From Magnetococcales bacterium (GTDB lineage: Bacteria; Pseudomonadota; Magnetococcia; Magnetococcales; JADFWT01): 63,636 nucleotides of DNA. Of this stretch, positions 18,352 to 29,450 are shown in pieces; the first letter of the stretch is position 1; each line of letters opens with the position of its first letter. The stretch is taken from positions 1 to 63,636 of the forward strand of contig JADFWT010000003.1 of NCBI GenBank assembly GCA_015233785.1, given 5' to 3'. The notes below the pieces were generated by a model. That model worked only from the letters and a program-made list of their open reading frames with translations. It was not told the DNA's origin and did not search any database. Made by a program: the position numbers and the translations under genes.

Positions 18352-19026
18352 ATGACCGATGAGACGACGCACAGGCCGGAAGTGGCGGTGTTTGACATCA
18401 ATGGTACGCTGATTGAGAAGAATGTAGGCGTCACCTTTGTCAAACATCTCTTTTTTCGGGGCCGTATGCGCTGGTTGACAGTGGTAAAGATTCTGCTGCT
18501 CTATCCGTGGGTCCGACTGGGTTTGCTCGATTTTCGTTACGCCATTTTGATGGGAGGGTGGGCGCTGGACGGCTTGACGCCGGAGCAGGCGCGGCAGGAG
18601 GCGGATCTCTGCTTTGAAGAGACCATGCGCCATCGGCTCTACAAGAAGGGACTGGAGGAGATTGCCGCCTGTCGGGCGTGTGGCATGCGTATTGTGCTGG
18701 CCACTGGCGGCGTGGCCTCGATTGCCAGACCGTTTGGTCGTCTGGTTCAGGCGGATGACGTGATTGCCGCAGAGAGTGAACAGCATCACGGACGGCTTGG
18801 ACCAAAGTTGCAGCAGCCGATTCCCTACCAGGAGGGCAAGCGGGATCAGGTGCTGGCCCATATTAAAGAGGCGGTGGGCGACTCGGCCCGGATCACCTTC
18901 TATACCGACAAAGCCAAGGATCTGCCGTTGTTGGAGGCGGTGGATGTTCCGGTGGCGGTGAACGCCGATGATGCGTTGGTGCGCTATGTAAAAGGGCGTG
19001 GTGGGCGGGTGGTGTTTTTTGTCTGA
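18352..19026 (+). CDS. HAD-IB family hydrolase (phosphoserine-phosphatase-like)
   Basis: Trimmed to the ATG at 18352 (AAGGAG upstream). It has DxNGT motif I (AVFDINGTLI), a cap insert with hydrophobic helices, and GG.. / D motifs (VLATGG..., YTDKAKDLPLL). Confidence 0.75.
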   Translation: MTDETTHRPEVAVFDINGTLIEKNVGVTFVKHLFFRGRMRWLTVVKILLLYPWVRLGLLDFRYAILMGGWALDGLTPEQARQEADLCFEETMRHRLYKKGLEEIAACRACGMRIVLATGGVASIARPFGRLVQADDVIAAESEQHHGRLGPKLQQPIPYQEGKRDQVLAHIKEAVGDSARITFYTDKAKDLPLLEAVDVPVAVNADDALVRYVKGRGGRVVFFV

Positions 19027-19216
19027 ATGCTGCAGTGAAATTAAGCCTGTTTTGTGATTGGGAAAGTGGCAGAGAGCTGATAGAGTAGTTTTACTGGATC
19101 GTGGTGTGCTGAAAAAACCAGCATTTAATGCACCAATGCTCGGGATTGTGATTTGATTAGGGGGTTCGTTCCAATAGGCTGGAATTACCTTTTGATATCT
19201 GTGAAGTGGGGTCGTA

Positions 19217-21271
19217 ATGAAAGAACAAAAAATTTCTACTCTTATTGGGTTTGGGTTTGGTATTGCCATTCTCCTTTTATTGATTGTTGCCGGGGTCGCC
19301 TATAATGGCCTCAACAGTGCGGCCGATGGTTTTAGTCATTATCGGGGATTGGCGCGGGATACCAATCTGGCCGGGCGACTTCAAGCCAACATGCTAATGG
19401 TGCGGATGAATGTAAAAGATTTCAACATCACCGGCAGCCAGACGGATATTGACCAGTACCAGGGCTATCTGGAGAAGATGGAGAGGTTTCTGGAAGAGGC
19501 CAAGGTGGAGATTCAGAAGCCGGAGCGTGCTGAGAAGATTCGCTTTGTCACCACGTCAGTGAGTGAGTACAAGCAGGCCTTTCAGAAGGTGATTCAGTTT
19601 CGGAAAGATCGTAACGATCTGGTTTACAAGCGGTTGGATCCCAACGGATTGAAGATGCGTCAGAGTCTGACGGCCATCATGAAGTCGGCCTATGAGGACA
19701 AAGATCCTGATGGGGCCTATTACGCGGGCCGTGCCCAGGAGCATGTGCTGCTGGGACGTCTTTTTGCCGCCAAGTTTCTCGATACCAACGATCCCAAGGC
19801 TGTGGCGCGTGTGAATAAAGAGCTTCAGGCGGAGATGAACCATCTTATCGCCACGCTGGACAAGGAGCTTCAAAATTCTGAGCGTCGTCGTCTGTTGAAG
19901 GTGTTTGTCGGCGCACGCGATGCCTACCATTTGGCGTTTAAAGATCTGGCCCAATTGATTGCAGCGCGCAACGATATAATCAAGAACACCCTGGATCGAA
20001 TTGGTCCCCAGATCGCCAAGGCGGTGGAAGATGCCAAGCTGTCGGTGAAAAAGGACCAGGATGCGTTGGGGCCTGAGGTGCAGGCGCATAATGAGGAGAC
20101 CATCAATATGGTGTTGGTGGTGTCGATACTCAGCCTGTTTGCGGCCATATTCCTGGCCTGGTGGATCACCCGCAAGGTGATCAAGCCTTTGGGTGGTGAG
20201 CCGTTTGAGATGGTCTGTCTGGCCAACAAGCTGGCCAATGGCGATATGGCGGGCAGTGCGGAGTGTTCCACCGTGACCACCACGCGCTCTGGTGCTTACG
20301 GCGCATTGTTGGACATGGTGGATAATCTTTCCAATGTGGTTCGTGATATTCGTCGTTCAGCGGATCAGTTGGCAGGGGATAGTCGTCAGGTTCAGGACTC
20401 TTCCCAAGGGCTCTCACAAGGTGCTACGGAGCAGGCGGCTTCGGTAGAGGAGACCTCTGCGGCCATGGAGCAGATGACCGCCAACATTCAGCAGAATACC
20501 GAGAATGCCCAGCAGACCGAGAGTATCGCCCAGAAAGCCGCCAAGAATGCGGCAGAAGGCGGTGAGGCGGTGAAGAAGGCGGTGGATGCCATGAGGCAGA
20601 TCGCCGAGAAGATCAACATCATTGAGGAGATTTCCCGCCAGACCAATCTGTTGGCCCTGAATGCCGCCATTGAGGCTGCCCGTGCCGGTGAGCATGGTAA
20701 GGGGTTTGCCGTGGTGGCTTCCGAGGTGCGCAAGCTGGCCGAGCGTTCCCAGACGGCGGCCGGTGAGATCAGCAGCCTTTCGGCTTCCAGCGTTGAGGTG
20801 GCCGAGCAGGCGGGTGGTGTGATTAATCAGGTGGTGCCGGATATTCAAAAGACGGCGGAGTTGATTCAGGAGATTGCAGCGGCCAGCGCCGAGCAGAACC
20901 AGGGCGCTTCTCAGATCAACAGTGCCATTCAGCAGTTGGATCAGGTGATTCAGCAGAATGCCGGGGCGGCTGAAGAGATGTCTGCCACAGCCGATGAACT
21001 ATCCAGTGAGGCTCAGCAGTTGGATCAGGCGATTGGTTTCTTCAAGATTGCCAAAGGGGGCGGTGGAAAGCCGTCGGACCCCAAGTCCACTCCGGCCCCA
21101 AGGCGTTCAGCAGCACCGGCACCCCAGGTGAAGGCAAGGCCAACGGCCACGGCGCGTCCTGTCTCCAGGCCGAAGCCTCCGGCGCTTCCAGCTCCAGCCA
21201 AAGCATCGTCGGGTGGCGCTGTGATCGATATGGGTATGGATCAGGGCGACGACGATTTCGAGAAGTTTTAA
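19217..21271 (+). CDS. methyl-accepting chemotaxis protein
   Basis: Two TM segments flank a ~270-aa periplasmic helical sensor, followed by a HAMP domain. The highly conserved signalling hairpin is [42 protein letters not shown]. Confidence 0.95.
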   Translation: MKEQKISTLIGFGFGIAILLLLIVAGVAYNGLNSAADGFSHYRGLARDTNLAGRLQANMLMVRMNVKDFNITGSQTDIDQYQGYLEKMERFLEEAKVEIQKPERAEKIRFVTTSVSEYKQAFQKVIQFRKDRNDLVYKRLDPNGLKMRQSLTAIMKSAYEDKDPDGAYYAGRAQEHVLLGRLFAAKFLDTNDPKAVARVNKELQAEMNHLIATLDKELQNSERRRLLKVFVGARDAYHLAFKDLAQLIAARNDIIKNTLDRIGPQIAKAVEDAKLSVKKDQDALGPEVQAHNEETINMVLVVSILSLFAAIFLAWWITRKVIKPLGGEPFEMVCLANKLANGDMAGSAECSTVTTTRSGAYGALLDMVDNLSNVVRDIRRSADQLAGDSRQVQDSSQGLSQGATEQAASVEETSAAMEQMTANIQQNTENAQQTESIAQKAAKNAAEGGEAVKKAVDAMRQIAEKINIIEEISRQTNLLALNAAIEAARAGEHGKGFAVVASEVRKLAERSQTAAGEISSLSASSVEVAEQAGGVINQVVPDIQKTAELIQEIAAASAEQNQGASQINSAIQQLDQVIQQNAGAAEEMSATADELSSEAQQLDQAIGFFKIAKGGGGKPSDPKSTPAPRRSAAPAPQVKARPTATARPVSRPKPPALPAPAKASSGGAVIDMGMDQGDDDFEKF

Positions 21272-21346
21272 CTGTAGCTGTCATCCGCCGCTCCACCTTT
21301 TGGGTAGGGTGGCGGATGCATCCATCCTGATGGTGATGGGGTGGTC

Positions 21347-22558
21347 TTACCGGGCGATCTTTTCGGAGAGCTCTTCAAATTTTTTCCGCACCTGAATATT
21401 TTCAAACGGCACCAGCTCCGGGATTTGCAGATTCATCAGCGCGCTGAAGGCGTTACGGCTGGTTTTCAGCACGTCCAGCAGTTGGGCGCTGACCATGACG
21501 GTCTGTAGGGTGTTTTTCGCCACCTGTAGATCTTTTCTCACCGTACGCCGGGTTTTATCGACGCGGGTCGCCTGTCCTTTGAGCTGCTTCTTGTAGAGCC
21601 GCGCCGCTTCGATGGTGAGTCGGTTGGCCTTGATGTTGGATTGGTAGATGGCACGATTACGGCGGTTGTTCTCCTGACGTATGGCCGATTGGGCATCGCT
21701 GATGGTGCCGCGGGCCTCACCGACCAATGTCTCAAGGCCGGGTAGATAGCGCTGGTTGACGTGGTCGATATATTTGCTCTGCATATGGACCATCAGCTCC
21801 AGCAGCACCACATGCATACCGTAGTAGCGTTTGGCGAAGGCCAGATCGTCATCCGAGCCGCCGGTGAGCTCCATCAGCTTGATGGTGATGGCCTTTACGC
21901 TGTCGTAGACCACGGTCATGCGTACGATGTCGTCGGCGTCCACGCGGGTCAGCAGCACATCGGTCTGTTCCGGGCTGAGACCGATGCCGTAGGCCCGAAG
22001 TTGGGCTGCAAAGCCCTTTTTGACCGACTCAATCTCCCCTTTGAGCTGCTCGATATTGCGTTCTGCGGCGGCGATTTTCTGTTCGTATCCTTTGCGGGTG
22101 GTTTTCAGCATGTGTTCCGTGGGGGCACCGGCTCGCAGCTCTCGAAATCGGGAGATATCCTTTCGTCTTTGGCGGATGGTCCCTTTGAGGGTGGCGATTT
22201 GATCCTGAAACAGGCTGAGCCGCTGACCGGAGAGTACCACTGTCAGTTGGTCGAGAATCTTATTGAAGTCCCGTTTAAGAGATCGCTTGGTATCGGCGAA
22301 CGGCGAGAAGGAGAATTTGGGGGCATCTTTGCGCTTGCTCTGGATTTCGATGGCTTTTTCCAATTTGGGGAGGGCATCGTTCCAGATTTTACGGAAGGTG
22401 GGATCGTCCCGTTCCAGTACGCTGCGGCCATCGTTGACTGGGGCGCTGTCGGCGGCGGGCATTGGGGCGCTTGAGCCATCCAGCGCGGAGGTTTGGCATC
22501 CGGCCAGCAGCAGAGCCAGGATGGGGATGATGAAAAGGCGGGTCATGGGGGTGGTCAT
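21347..22558 (-). CDS. coiled-coil lipoprotein, function unknown
   Basis: Signal peptide plus lipobox (LALLLAGC). Long heptad-rich helical segments and no catalytic motif. Confidence 0.6.
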   Translation of the reverse strand: MTTPMTRLFIIPILALLLAGCQTSALDGSSAPMPAADSAPVNDGRSVLERDDPTFRKIWNDALPKLEKAIEIQSKRKDAPKFSFSPFADTKRSLKRDFNKILDQLTVVLSGQRLSLFQDQIATLKGTIRQRRKDISRFRELRAGAPTEHMLKTTRKGYEQKIAAAERNIEQLKGEIESVKKGFAAQLRAYGIGLSPEQTDVLLTRVDADDIVRMTVVYDSVKAITIKLMELTGGSDDDLAFAKRYYGMHVVLLELMVHMQSKYIDHVNQRYLPGLETLVGEARGTISDAQSAIRQENNRRNRAIYQSNIKANRLTIEAARLYKKQLKGQATRVDKTRRTVRKDLQVAKNTLQTVMVSAQLLDVLKTSRNAFSALMNLQIPELVPFENIQVRKKFEELSEKIAR

Positions 22559-22636
22559 ATCGGTTCCGTGCTAAGGTGTTTGCGGATTGTATCTATGGAT
22601 CCATTTCACCATAACGGCGGAGGGAGGGAAAGGCGT

Positions 22637-23485
22637 ATGGGCGAATCGGGCAAGGGAGCGGGCCGGGCCGTTCTAATCACCGGCTGTTCTACCGGCATAG
22701 GCCGAACGGTGGCCCAGGGTCTGCGTGATCGGGGTTATCGGGTGCTGGCCACCGCCCGCAAGCGGTCAGATGTGGCGTCTTTGATTGGTGAGGGGTTTGA
22801 AGCGGCTCGCCTGGATCTCAGCGATGAGGCCTCCATTCAAGAGGGGGTGGCCTGGGCTTTGGAGGCGTGTGATGGGGCGCTGTATGGGTTGTTTAACAAC
22901 GGGGCCTATGGCCAGCCCGGCGCGTTGGAGGATCTGCCGGTGGCGGCGCTTCGGGCACAGTTCGAGAGCAATGTGTTCGGCACCTACGAGGTGACCCGCC
23001 TGGTACTTCCGGCCATGCGGGAGCGAGGCGCGGGTCGGATCATTCAGAACAGTTCGGTTTTGGGATTTATTGCCATGAAGTATCGTGGGGCCTATGTGGC
23101 TTCCAAGTATGCCTTGGAGGGCCTCTCCGATGCGTTGCGCCTGGAGTTGGATGGCAGTGGTATCCAAGTGGTGTTGATTGAGCCGGGGCCGATTCGCTCC
23201 ATGTTTCGTAAGAATGCCCTGGCAGCATTTCAGCGCCATGTGGATGCCGAGTCGAGCCGATATCACAAGGAGGGGTATGCCAAGCAGTTGGCTCGTCGAA
23301 TGGAAGAGGGGCAGGAGACGGCCTTTACATTGCCGCCTGAAGCGGTGCTCAAGCGGGTGATTTGGGGGTTGGAAAAACGGCGGCCCAAGGTGCGTTACCC
23401 GGTCTGTGCGCCGACCTATGTTTTTGCTTGGTTTAAGCGGGTGTTGCCCCAGCGGTGGTTGGATTTTATGTTGAAGCGGTTTTAA
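22637..23485 (+). CDS. short-chain dehydrogenase/reductase (SDR)
   Basis: Trimmed to the ATG at 22637 (GGAGGGAGGGAAAGG upstream). It has the TGCSTGIG Rossmann motif, NNG, and the YxxxK catalytic motif (YVASKYAL). Confidence 0.9.
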   Translation: MGESGKGAGRAVLITGCSTGIGRTVAQGLRDRGYRVLATARKRSDVASLIGEGFEAARLDLSDEASIQEGVAWALEACDGALYGLFNNGAYGQPGALEDLPVAALRAQFESNVFGTYEVTRLVLPAMRERGAGRIIQNSSVLGFIAMKYRGAYVASKYALEGLSDALRLELDGSGIQVVLIEPGPIRSMFRKNALAAFQRHVDAESSRYHKEGYAKQLARRMEEGQETAFTLPPEAVLKRVIWGLEKRRPKVRYPVCAPTYVFAWFKRVLPQRWLDFMLKRF

Positions 23486-23509
23486 AAAAGGGGAGCCCAA
23501 AGGCCCCCC
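23484..23509 (-). terminator. rho-independent terminator of tkt
   Basis: The minus strand reads GGGGGGCC-TTTG-GGCTCCCC-TTTTTT, about 30 nt after the tkt stop. The U-tract overlaps the stop codon of the convergent SDR gene. Confidence 0.75.
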
Positions 23510-23538
23510 AATCCATCGTCTATCCAACCATCAATGGA

Positions 23539-25635
23539 TTACTTCTTCTTCTTTTTCTTCCCCCTCTTCTTGCCTTTTTTCCGCTTAGGTTGCAGGCGTT
23601 TCGGCAGGGGTGGCGTAGAAACTTGGGATGTCGCGTCGGCGGTCTCGCTCTCCCGTTGCGGCATCAGTTCACCCAGCAGATCACGGGCGATGCGTACCAC
23701 ATTGGCGGTGGAGAAACCGTAGGCTTCCATCATGTGGCCGCCGGGGGCTGAAGCGCCGAACTGGTCGACGCTGATGATGCGTCCCATCTCGCCCACCCAG
23801 CGCCGCCATCCCAGGGAGGATCCGGCCTCCATGGAGATTCTGGCCCGGCAATCTGGGGGCAGTACCGCATCCTGATAGGTGGCGGGTTGGGTTTCAAACA
23901 GCTCCCAGGAGGGCATGGAGACCACACGGGTTTTGACGCCGCTTCTCTCCAGCTCATCACGGGCCGAGAGGGCCAGATGTACTTCACTGCCGCTACCGAT
24001 AAGGATCAGATCCGGATGGGCATGCTCGCCTCCGGCCAGAATGTAAGCGCCTCTGGAGAGCTGCGATGCGGCGGCGGCGTCCAGGGTCGGCAGTTTCTGA
24101 CGGGAGAGTATCAGTGCGGTGGGCTTTTTGCTCTTCAGGGCCAGACGCCAAGCGGCGGCGGTTTCCCAGCCGTCGGCGGGGCGAATTACCTGTAGATCGG
24201 GGATGGCTCGCAGACTCACCACATGTTCGATGGGTTGGTGGGTGGGGCCATCTTCGCCCACGGCGATGCTGTCGTGGGTGAGGACGTAGGTGACCGGCAG
24301 CCCCATCAAGGCAGAAAGCCGGATGGCACCGCGCATGTAGTCGGAGAAGACCAGGAAGGTGCCGCAGTAGGGAACCACTCCGCCGTGCAGCGCCATACCG
24401 TTGATCATGGCACCCATGGCGTGTTCCCGTACGCCGAAGTGAATATTTCGGTCGGGAAATGCTTTGAGGGTGGTGTTGTTGGAGGGGCCGAGATCCGCCG
24501 AGCCGCCGATGAGGGAGGGCAGATCCGGGGCCAGGGCGTTGAGGGCCATGCCGGAGGCAGAACGGGTGGCCACCGGTGCGTCGCCGTAGTTGAGGGCATC
24601 CAGGCCGGTACTCCACCCTTTGGGCAGTTCCCCTTGAATCTGGGCCAGGAACTTTTCGGCCTCGTCGGGAAAGCGGCTGCGGAAGGCTTCCAGGCGAGCG
24701 GTCCACTCCCCTTCGGCCTCATCGCCCTTTTGCGGCAGGGCGCGCATATGTTCACGCACGGCATCCGGTACATGGAAGCGCTCTTCGGGCCACTCAAAGA
24801 AGCGGCGCGTGGAGGACATATTCTCTTCGTTGAGCGGAGTGCCGTGGATTCCGGGGGTGTCCACTACCGGCGTTCCGTAGCCGATGTGGGTGCTGACGAT
24901 GATGAGAGAGGGGCGCTCTTCGTCGGCCTGGGCCTGAAGGATCGCCTGCTCAATGGCGTCGAGATCCTCGCCGTCGGAGACCCGCAAAACCTGCCACTCA
25001 TAGGCTTCGAAGCGTTGGGCGACATTCTCGCTGAAGGTGATGTCGGTGCTGCCTTCGATGGAGATGCGGTTGTCGTCGTAGAGGTAGATCAGCTTGCCCA
25101 GGCAGAGATGTCCGGCCAGGGAAGCGGCCTCGGCGGAGATGCCCTCCATCAAGTCGCCGTCGGAGACGATGGCGTAGGTGAAATGATTCACCAGGGAGAG
25201 AAAATCGGGGTGGTTGAAGGTTTCGGCCAGACGTCGTTCGGCCAGCGCCATGCCGACACCCATACCAAATCCTTGTCCCAGCGGGCCGGTGGTGGCCTCA
25301 ACGCCGGGGGTGTGTCCATATTCGGGATGGCCGGGGGTCTGGCTCTCCCACTGCCGGAAGGCGCGCAGATCGTCCAGCGACATGTCGTAGCCGGAGAGGT
25401 GCAGCAGTCCGTAAAGCAGCGCCGAACCATGACCGGCAGAGAGAATAAAGCGGTCGCGGTTAAACCACTCGGCGTTGCGCGGATTGTGGCGCATGACGCG
25501 CTTCCAGAGGGCATATGCCATGGGCGCGGCCCCAAGGGGCATGCCGGGGTGGCCGGATTTGGCCTGGTCGATGGCGTCCACAGCCAGCATACGCAGGGCG
25601 GTGACACAGAGTTGGTCCAGATTGTCTTGGGTCAT
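23539..25635 (-). CDS. tkt: transketolase with ~43-aa C-terminal polybasic extension
   Basis: [20 protein letters not shown] and [12 protein letters not shown] motifs are present. The sequence after the usual C-terminal ...RIARDLLG continues into ...[21 protein letters not shown]. Confidence 0.95.
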   Translation of the reverse strand: MTQDNLDQLCVTALRMLAVDAIDQAKSGHPGMPLGAAPMAYALWKRVMRHNPRNAEWFNRDRFILSAGHGSALLYGLLHLSGYDMSLDDLRAFRQWESQTPGHPEYGHTPGVEATTGPLGQGFGMGVGMALAERRLAETFNHPDFLSLVNHFTYAIVSDGDLMEGISAEAASLAGHLCLGKLIYLYDDNRISIEGSTDITFSENVAQRFEAYEWQVLRVSDGEDLDAIEQAILQAQADEERPSLIIVSTHIGYGTPVVDTPGIHGTPLNEENMSSTRRFFEWPEERFHVPDAVREHMRALPQKGDEAEGEWTARLEAFRSRFPDEAEKFLAQIQGELPKGWSTGLDALNYGDAPVATRSASGMALNALAPDLPSLIGGSADLGPSNNTTLKAFPDRNIHFGVREHAMGAMINGMALHGGVVPYCGTFLVFSDYMRGAIRLSALMGLPVTYVLTHDSIAVGEDGPTHQPIEHVVSLRAIPDLQVIRPADGWETAAAWRLALKSKKPTALILSRQKLPTLDAAAASQLSRGAYILAGGEHAHPDLILIGSGSEVHLALSARDELERSGVKTRVVSMPSWELFETQPATYQDAVLPPDCRARISMEAGSSLGWRRWVGEMGRIISVDQFGASAPGGHMMEAYGFSTANVVRIARDLLGELMPQRESETADATSQVSTPPLPKRLQPKRKKGKKRGKKKKKK

Positions 25636-25850
25636 GGTCTCGTAGGCGCTCGGCAGGTTGGGCGATAGGGGAGCGGGTTCAACCGGGGGGCTGAATCAGG
25701 CTCCACGGATCAACAGTTACGAAGAATGGGCCTCTTCTACCATAAAATGGTGCCAGATGAAATGACCGCTCTTGCTCTATTCAAAGAATTTTTACAAGAG
25801 CGTCATCGAATGATGCGTGATTTTTATCGTATCATTCCCCAAAGATACGA

Positions 25851-27137
25851 TCACACCTTATTAAGGTAGTAATCCTTGGTGCCCCGCGCATCCATGGCTT
25901 CACTGATGCGGCCCAGGGCGTGGATGTAGGCGGCGGTACGCATGGAGCACCCTTTCTCCTTCGTGATGGACCAGACATTTTCGGTTTCCCGCACCATGCG
26001 CTCTTCCAGTCGCTGGTTTACCTCATCCAGCGTCCAGTAGTAGCCGCTGCGGTTCTGCACCCACTCGAAGTAGCTGACGGTGACGCCGCCGGCGTTGGTG
26101 AGGATATCCGGCACCACCAGAATGCCGTTATTCACCATGATCTCTTCGCCGTCGTAGGAGGTGGGTCCGTTGGCCACTTCGAACACCGCCTTGGCTTTGA
26201 TGTTGGCGGCGTTGTCGGCGGTGAGTTGGTTCTCCAGGGCGGCGGGGATCAGTACATCCACATCCAGTTCCAGCAGGTCGTGGTTGCTGATGCGGTCGGA
26301 TGGGTAGAGGGTGCAGACGTCATCCTTACAATAGACGCTCTCCAGGGTTCTGGAGGTCTCCTTGTGGTCGCGGACGGCGGGGATGTCCAGACCGTCGGCA
26401 TTATGGATTCCGCCTTTGGAGTCGCTGACTGCCACCACTTTATATCCGGCCTTGTGGAGCAGCCCGGCCAGGATGGCCCCGGCGTTGCCGAAGCCCTGAA
26501 TGGCAAAGGTGGTCTCGGGGCTGTCGAGGTTGATTTTGGGCAGGATGGCCTGGATGGTGTGGAAGGCCCCGGTGGCGGTGGCATCTTCCCGTCCGACGCT
26601 ACCGCCCATGGCCAGGGGTTTGCCGGTGATGACGGCGGGGGCTATACGGCGATGGATGGTGTTGTACTGATCCATCATCCAGCCCATGATCATGGCGTTG
26701 GTATAGACATCCGGTGCCGGAATATCAATATCCGGTCCGATAAAGTCTCCCAGCGCATTGATATAGGCTCGCGAAAGCCGCTCCAGTTCAAATCGGGAGA
26801 GTTTTTTGGGATCCACGGTGATGCCGCCCTTACCGCCGCCGTAGGGGAGGTCCAACACGGCGCACTTGAAGGTCATCCAGTAGGCCAGGGAGGCCACTTC
26901 ATCCTGGGAGACGTTGGGATGGAAGCGGATCCCGCCTTTGGTGGGGCCTCGGGTATCGTCGAAGCGCACCCGGTAGCCTTCGAAAAATTTCAGGTCGCCG
27001 TTATCCATACGTACCGGCACGCGCACTTTAATGCTGGCTTTGGGGTATTTAAGCCGTTCGATGGTGTCTGGGGAGACTTCGATATGTTCGAAGGCTTTTT
27101 GCAGGTGGCGTTCGGCGTCGGAAAAGAGGGTGCCCAT
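25851..27137 (-). CDS. gdhA: glutamate dehydrogenase (Glu/Leu/Phe/Val dehydrogenase family)
   Basis: Trimmed to the ATG at 27137 (GGAG upstream). It has GPTKGGIRFHP and the catalytic Lys region LPYGGGKGGI, plus the Rossmann motif GFGNAG. The longer ORF start at 27329 would overlap the upstream gene and read through a repeat element. Confidence 0.9.
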   Translation of the reverse strand: MGTLFSDAERHLQKAFEHIEVSPDTIERLKYPKASIKVRVPVRMDNGDLKFFEGYRVRFDDTRGPTKGGIRFHPNVSQDEVASLAYWMTFKCAVLDLPYGGGKGGITVDPKKLSRFELERLSRAYINALGDFIGPDIDIPAPDVYTNAMIMGWMMDQYNTIHRRIAPAVITGKPLAMGGSVGREDATATGAFHTIQAILPKINLDSPETTFAIQGFGNAGAILAGLLHKAGYKVVAVSDSKGGIHNADGLDIPAVRDHKETSRTLESVYCKDDVCTLYPSDRISNHDLLELDVDVLIPAALENQLTADNAANIKAKAVFEVANGPTSYDGEEIMVNNGILVVPDILTNAGGVTVSYFEWVQNRSGYYWTLDEVNQRLEERMVRETENVWSITKEKGCSMRTAAYIHALGRISEAMDARGTKDYYLNKV

Positions 27138-27187
27138 AACAAATCTCCAAAAAAATGCCAAAGGCAGAAGTGCCGCAGGCAAGATTG

Positions 27188-27265
27188 CGGGTCCAGGGGG
27201 ATCATCCTCCTGGTGGGATCCAAGGGCAAGGCCCTTGGCAGGGTTTGGGGCAGCGCCCCAAAAGG
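27188..27265 (+). repeat. multi-hairpin intergenic repeat, copy D (divergent)
   Basis: GGGTCCAGGGGGATCATCCTCCTGGTGGG + CCAAGGGC-AAG-GCCCTTGG + TTTGGGGC-AGC-GCCCCAAA. It has the same three-hairpin layout and the same 5' TCCAGrGGG...CTGGyGGG core as copies A-C. Confidence 0.6.
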
Positions 27266-27289
27266 CGAGCGCAAAGCGCAAGCAAACAA

Positions 27290-29428
27290 TCACCCCCCAA
27301 GCCGCCAAGCATGAAATCGCCGCACCCACTGCAAAAGTTTCTCAGGCGTATGGGCTTTTTTCCAGTTGCCGGCAGCATATTTATTGGCTTCGGCCAGGGT
27401 GGGATAGATATGAATGGTACCAAGAATTTTATTTAAGCCAATCCCATAGCGCATGGCCAGCACAAATTCAGCGATCAGATCCCCGGCGTGAGGCCCGGCG
27501 ATGGTCACCCCCAGAATCCGATCTTTCCCCGGAACGGTTAATATTTTCACCACCCCATGGGCATCTTCATCGGCGATGGCTCGATCCAGATCATCGATGC
27601 CGTAGGTGGTGACCTCATAGTCGATATCCTGCTCTCCGGCCTCCAGCTCGTTGAGCCCGACTCGCGCCACTTCGGGGTCGGTAAAGGTACACCAGGGGAT
27701 CACCGAGTAATCCACTCGAAAACGCTTAAAGGGGCCGAACAGGGCATTCACCGAAGCATACCACGCCTGATGGGCGGCGGTGTGGGTGAACTGGAACGGT
27801 CCGGTGACGTCGCCACAGACCATGATGGTGGGGATGTTGGTGCGCATAAAGGGGTCGGCTGCCACGGTGCCGTTGGGTCGTAGTTCTACGCCCAGCTTCT
27901 CCAGCCCGAAGCCGGTAACGTTGGCGGTGCGTCCGGTAGCTACCAGCACCTGATCAAAGGCAATCCGCACCTCTTCCCCCTCCTGATCGCAGAGCAGAAT
28001 TTTCTCATCGCCCTCTTTGAAGAACCGCTTTGGGGTGTGGTCGGTGAGCACCTCAATCCCTTCGCGGCGGAACTTCTCCATGACCATTTTGGAGATTTCC
28101 ACATCCTCGCGCTTCATAAGTAGCGGCCCGCGCTGCACTTGGAAGACCTTACATCCCAGCCGGGAGAAGGCTTGGGCCAGCTCACTGCCGATGGGTCCGC
28201 CACCCAGCACCAAGAGCCGCTCTGGTTTCTCACGAATATCCCAGATGGTATCGGAGGTGAGATAATCCATTTCGTCCAGGCCGGGAATGGGCGGCACGGC
28301 GGGTCGTGCTCCGGTGGCGATGACGAGATTGCGGGCGGTGAGGGTCTGGCCGTTCACCTCCACAGCCCATGGCGAGATGATCTTTGCTGTCCCCTGAAGG
28401 CATTCGACGCCCAGTTGGGTATAGCGCGCTACCGAGTCGTGGGGCTCCACGGTCTGCACCACTCTCTGGACCCGCTCCATCACCTGGGCGAAATCCACCT
28501 CAGCGGTGGCACGCTTGATGCCCAGCTCCGAGGCGCGCCCGATTTGGGAGAGCAGCTTGGCGGAGCGGATCAGTGCCTTGGAGGGGACGCAGCCGGTGTT
28601 GAGGCAGTCGCCGCCCATGCGGTGCTTCTCGATGAGAGTCACCTTGGCCTTCACGGCTGCGGCAATGTAGGAGGTGACCAGTCCGGCGGAACCGGCTCCG
28701 ATGACGATGAGGTTGCGGTCAAAGTGTGCAGGCTTCTGGTAGTTGGCCAGGGCGTTGTTGGTCTGAATTGATTCCAGGACCTTTTTGGCCAGCAGCGGAA
28801 AGATGCCCAGCAGCGCGAACGATCCCAGCATGGCCGGGGAGAGGATGCCGCTGAGAGATTCCAACTGGCCGAGCTGCGTACCGGCATTGACGTAGACCAG
28901 GGTGCCGGGAAGCATGCCGATCTGGCTGATGACATAAAATGCCCCGACGCCGATGGGGGTAAGCCCCATGGCCAGATTGATGACGAAGAAGGGGAAGATG
29001 GGCACCAGCCGCAGTGTGAAGAGGTAGAAGCCTCCCTCCTTGCGAATGCCGTTGTTAAAGGCGCTGAGTTTGGTGCCGAAGCGGTTCTGCACGGCGTCGC
29101 GGAACAGATAGCGAGAGGCGAGAAAGGCCAGCGTCGCGCCGATGGTGGAGGCGAAAGAGATGAGAATAAAGCCCCAGAACAGCCCGAAAATGGCGGCTCC
29201 AAGGAGGGTCATAAGGGTAGCGCCCGGCAGCGACAGGGCGGTCACGGTCACATAGGTACCAAAGAAGATGGCGGCCATCTGTATGGGGTTGGTTGCCCGG
29301 TAGGCCTCCAGGCTGGTCTGTTGGGATTTTAGATAGGCCAGATCAAAAAAGCGTTCCAGCTCCAGCATAAAGAAGGCCGCCACCAGGACCATGATCAGCA
29401 GCAGCAGAGAGAGTTTGCTTTTGTTCAT
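27290..29428 (-). CDS. fusion protein: TVP38/TMEM64 (DedA-like) membrane domain + FAD-dependent pyridine nucleotide-disulfide oxidoreductase
   Basis: The N-terminal ~230 aa is a polytopic membrane domain. It is followed by the GAGSAG FAD motif, the redox-active CxxxxC (GGDCLNTGCVPSK), the NAD motif GGGPIGSE and a C-terminal dimerisation domain. Confidence 0.9.
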   Translation of the reverse strand: MNKSKLSLLLLIMVLVAAFFMLELERFFDLAYLKSQQTSLEAYRATNPIQMAAIFFGTYVTVTALSLPGATLMTLLGAAIFGLFWGFILISFASTIGATLAFLASRYLFRDAVQNRFGTKLSAFNNGIRKEGGFYLFTLRLVPIFPFFVINLAMGLTPIGVGAFYVISQIGMLPGTLVYVNAGTQLGQLESLSGILSPAMLGSFALLGIFPLLAKKVLESIQTNNALANYQKPAHFDRNLIVIGAGSAGLVTSYIAAAVKAKVTLIEKHRMGGDCLNTGCVPSKALIRSAKLLSQIGRASELGIKRATAEVDFAQVMERVQRVVQTVEPHDSVARYTQLGVECLQGTAKIISPWAVEVNGQTLTARNLVIATGARPAVPPIPGLDEMDYLTSDTIWDIREKPERLLVLGGGPIGSELAQAFSRLGCKVFQVQRGPLLMKREDVEISKMVMEKFRREGIEVLTDHTPKRFFKEGDEKILLCDQEGEEVRIAFDQVLVATGRTANVTGFGLEKLGVELRPNGTVAADPFMRTNIPTIMVCGDVTGPFQFTHTAAHQAWYASVNALFGPFKRFRVDYSVIPWCTFTDPEVARVGLNELEAGEQDIDYEVTTYGIDDLDRAIADEDAHGVVKILTVPGKDRILGVTIAGPHAGDLIAEFVLAMRYGIGLNKILGTIHIYPTLAEANKYAAGNWKKAHTPEKLLQWVRRFHAWRLGG

Positions 29429-29450
29429 GGTGCGGAAGCTCCAGTGGTGG

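Noticed and set aside
21282-21318. Hairpin CATCCGCC...GGCGGATG between the convergent MCP gene and the lipoprotein gene, considered as a terminator.
   Set aside because: The stem is real (8 bp plus an imperfect extension), but no U-tract follows on either strand. I do not call it an intrinsic terminator.
27138-27329. N-terminal extensions of gdhA (to 27329) and purD (to 61644), and the ORF start at 37398 for the cytidylyltransferase.
   Set aside because: The extensions read through the intergenic repeat elements and give peptides such as GRPEGLSSSGG. They overlap the neighbouring gene or lack an RBS, whereas the internal ATGs give canonical N-termini with Shine-Dalgarno sequences.
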